Shown: piece by piece, positions 36,521 to 37,794 of the stretch | Layout of the letters: every line of letters starts with the position of its first letter | Position numbering within the stretch: position 1 is the stretch's first letter | DNA from: a virus | Lineage: Duplodnaviria > Caudoviricetes | DNA length: 37,794 nt | Reading direction: 5' to 3' (one strand) | IMG/VR virus record: IMGVR_UViG_3300011102_000278 | Span: 1 to 37,794 of that record | The notes under the pieces: generated by a model | The model's input: only the letters and a program-made list of their open reading frames with translations | The model's database searches: none | Told to the model about the DNA's origin: nothing | Position numbers and translations under genes: made by a program

Positions 36521-36594
36521 AGTGCACTTCTGTTTTCCTATAGAGATCTCTATAGGAATACAAAAGTCACTATCATTCCGACACTTCGTCACGC
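36499..36594. repeat. long palindrome, copy 2 (overlaps the int stop codon)
   Basis: perfect 24-bp core TTCCTATAGAGATCTCTATAGGAA (36535-36558); arms GTGACGAAGTGTCG / CGACACTTCGTCAC. Confidence 0.9.
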
Positions 36595-36693
36595 CTATGG
36601 GCCGGGGGGCTGGCGTCTCTGCCGCGATGTGCCGCGATGCGGGTAAACGTTACTTTTTTGTGATCTCAAGAGTGGGTGTTTTCGCAGGAAAAG

Positions 36694-36714
36694 GCGAACA
36701 CCCGGAGCGGTAAC
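36694..36714 (+). promoter_or_regulatory. probable late promoter: phage motif with 10 bp of spacer missing (21 bp)
   Basis: GCGAACAC-CCGGAGCGGTAAC; last copy before the HNH/terminase/virion operon; same position as the phiC31 late promoter. Confidence 0.6.
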
Positions 36715-36841
36715 GAAGTGAGGCCTAATGACAGCCCCCGGCACAGCCGATGGGCTCCGGAGGGCAGGCGGGAATGCTGCGCGGGGAGATCGCCAAAGAT
36801 GGGAGCGCAGCGGTAGCGGCGGGTTGGTTGCCTGTCGCCAA

Positions 36842-36918
36842 GGGACGGGAGGACGCTCCCGCATGGTTAAAGGGTGCCGTACTGGGGCATGCCGAGCGGT
36901 TCAAATCCGCAAGTCCCA
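36842..36918 (+). ncRNA. degenerate tRNA-like element
   Basis: GGGAC/GTCCC-A closing stem, T-arm GCGG-TTCAAAT-CCGC, GTGCC-N7-GGCAT hairpin; no canonical D arm. Confidence 0.45.
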
Positions 36919-36919
36919 C

Positions 36920-37038
36920 GAGGAGGGGGTTTCGGTTCGAATCCGAACGCGCCGATGGTGCACAGCGGTCAACGGTCCGTTGCGCAGCGGGCCAGACCGT
37001 AGGCGTGTGGTGTAATGGGCAGCACTCCTCCGTTTGAC
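36920..37038 (+). ncRNA. circularly permuted tRNA-Gln(TTG)-like RNA (or YrlA-like tRNA mimic)
   Basis: 3' half at 36922-36955 precedes 5' half at 37001-37038; all four stems pair. Confidence 0.7.
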
Positions 37039-37109
37039 TGCGTGCCCTGTCGGACTGACAGAGAGTCGTCTGAGGGCACGTGCCAACGTTTGGAAGCGGG
37101 GGTACACGA

Positions 37110-37355
37110 ATGAGTAAGCCTCGCGTGACCGGCTTCACGATCGCTTGGGTCGTGTGGATCGTCTTTTTCCTCGCGGTCGAAGGCTTCGCGCTCGCGCGGA
37201 AGGACAAGGGCGACACCTTTAGCGAACACTGGTGGGCCCTGTTCCGCGTCCGCGAGCAGACTCCCGCGTGGCTGAAAGCCGTTCTCACGGCCGTTCAGCT
37301 TGCTTTCGGTACTTGGCTCGTGGGGCATCTCGCCTTTGGCTGGTGGACGCTCTGA
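37110..37355 (+). CDS. membrane protein (two TM)
   Basis: AW..W..FF..VEG.AL...GDTFSEHWW; GGGGG RBS. Confidence 0.75.
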   Translation: MSKPRVTGFTIAWVVWIVFFLAVEGFALARKDKGDTFSEHWWALFRVREQTPAWLKAVLTAVQLAFGTWLVGHLAFGWWTL

Positions 37356-37388
37356 GAGCCGTACAGACACATCCCCTGGTGGTTCAAC

Positions 37389-37676
37389 ATGGCACCCCCT
37401 AGGCGACGCAGCCCCCTGCCTAACGATTGGCCCCGTAGGCGGCTAGCTGTCCTACAGCGGGACGGTTGGACGTGTCAGATACAGGGACCGCGCTGCGCTG
37501 GACGTGCGACTGAGGTTGATCACATGGGAGCGCACGACGATCACAGCACGGACAAACTCCAAGCTGTGTGCGGTCCGTGTCACGCGACCAAGACAGGACG
37601 GGAAGCGCAGGCTGCGCGGAAGCCGCAACCTAGCCGATTGCGTCCGAAGGAAACGCATCCTGGATTGCTGCCCTAA
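37389..37676 (+). CDS. HNH endonuclease (packaging-associated, HK97 gp74-like)
   Basis: RDGWTCQ...C...ATEVDH...LQAVCGPCH..KT; adjacent to the cos/terS junction. Confidence 0.9.
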   Translation: MAPPRRRSPLPNDWPRRRLAVLQRDGWTCQIQGPRCAGRATEVDHMGAHDDHSTDKLQAVCGPCHATKTGREAQAARKPQPSRLRPKETHPGLLP

Positions 37677-37729
37677 GCGGCTTAGACCACTTCGAAATGT
37701 AATCAAGAAATGTCACTGTGCGTGACAAG

Positions 37730-37794
37730 GGTGGGGGTGACCCCCCTCCCCGCCAGGGGAGCTCGAACGGCGGAGGGCAACAGGCGAGGAATCG
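37730..37794. other. probable cos/packaging-site region (continuing into bases 1-40)
   Basis: GGGGGTGACCCCC palindrome after HNH; TGTACGGGTTTC at 20-31 resembles recalled cluster A mycobacteriophage left ends. Confidence 0.45.

Noticed and set aside
36728-37037. ORFs 36728-37015 and 36750-37037
   Set aside because: They overlap clear tRNA-like structure and have no convincing RBS or motif
36920-37038. Two-piece permuted tmRNA
   Set aside because: No G3-U70 alanine acceptor or CCA end; it has a full D stem and anticodon stem, and no tag frame was found
37050-37075. Hammerhead ribozyme or group I intron halves flanking the permuted tRNA
   Set aside because: CTGACAGAG does not fit CUGANGA, there is no paired GAAA, and no group I core elements were recognisable by eye

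Overview
This looks like a near-complete ~37.8 kb genome of a temperate actinobacterial siphophage in excised/virion form: attP is intact, the window starts at terS and ends at an HNH gene near a likely cos region. The left arm (91-16568) carries L5/R4-like packaging and head genes, a lambda-type tail with a -1 frameshifted chaperone, a CHAP endolysin, holin-like genes and a dNMP kinase. The right arm is phiC31-like: putative repressor, PD-(D/E)XK nuclease, gp3-type recombination directionality factor, resolvase, TOPRIM-D5 primase-helicase, PolA, endonuclease VII, a sigma-like factor, a C5 methyltransferase, small-gene cassettes, an XRE/DUF397 pair, attP and a serine integrase. Three non-coding signals stand out. 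(1) A circularly permuted tRNA-Gln(UUG)-like element (3' half first) sits inside a ~390-nt structured leader. (2) Two ~95-bp palindromes lie almost exactly opposite each other on the circular map. (3) A readable regulatory code is present: 19-bp operators over host-type promoters, 30-31-bp phage-specific promoters, and a variant 10 bp shorter at the late position. All family assignments come from motif recognition and recalled synteny; no searches were run.
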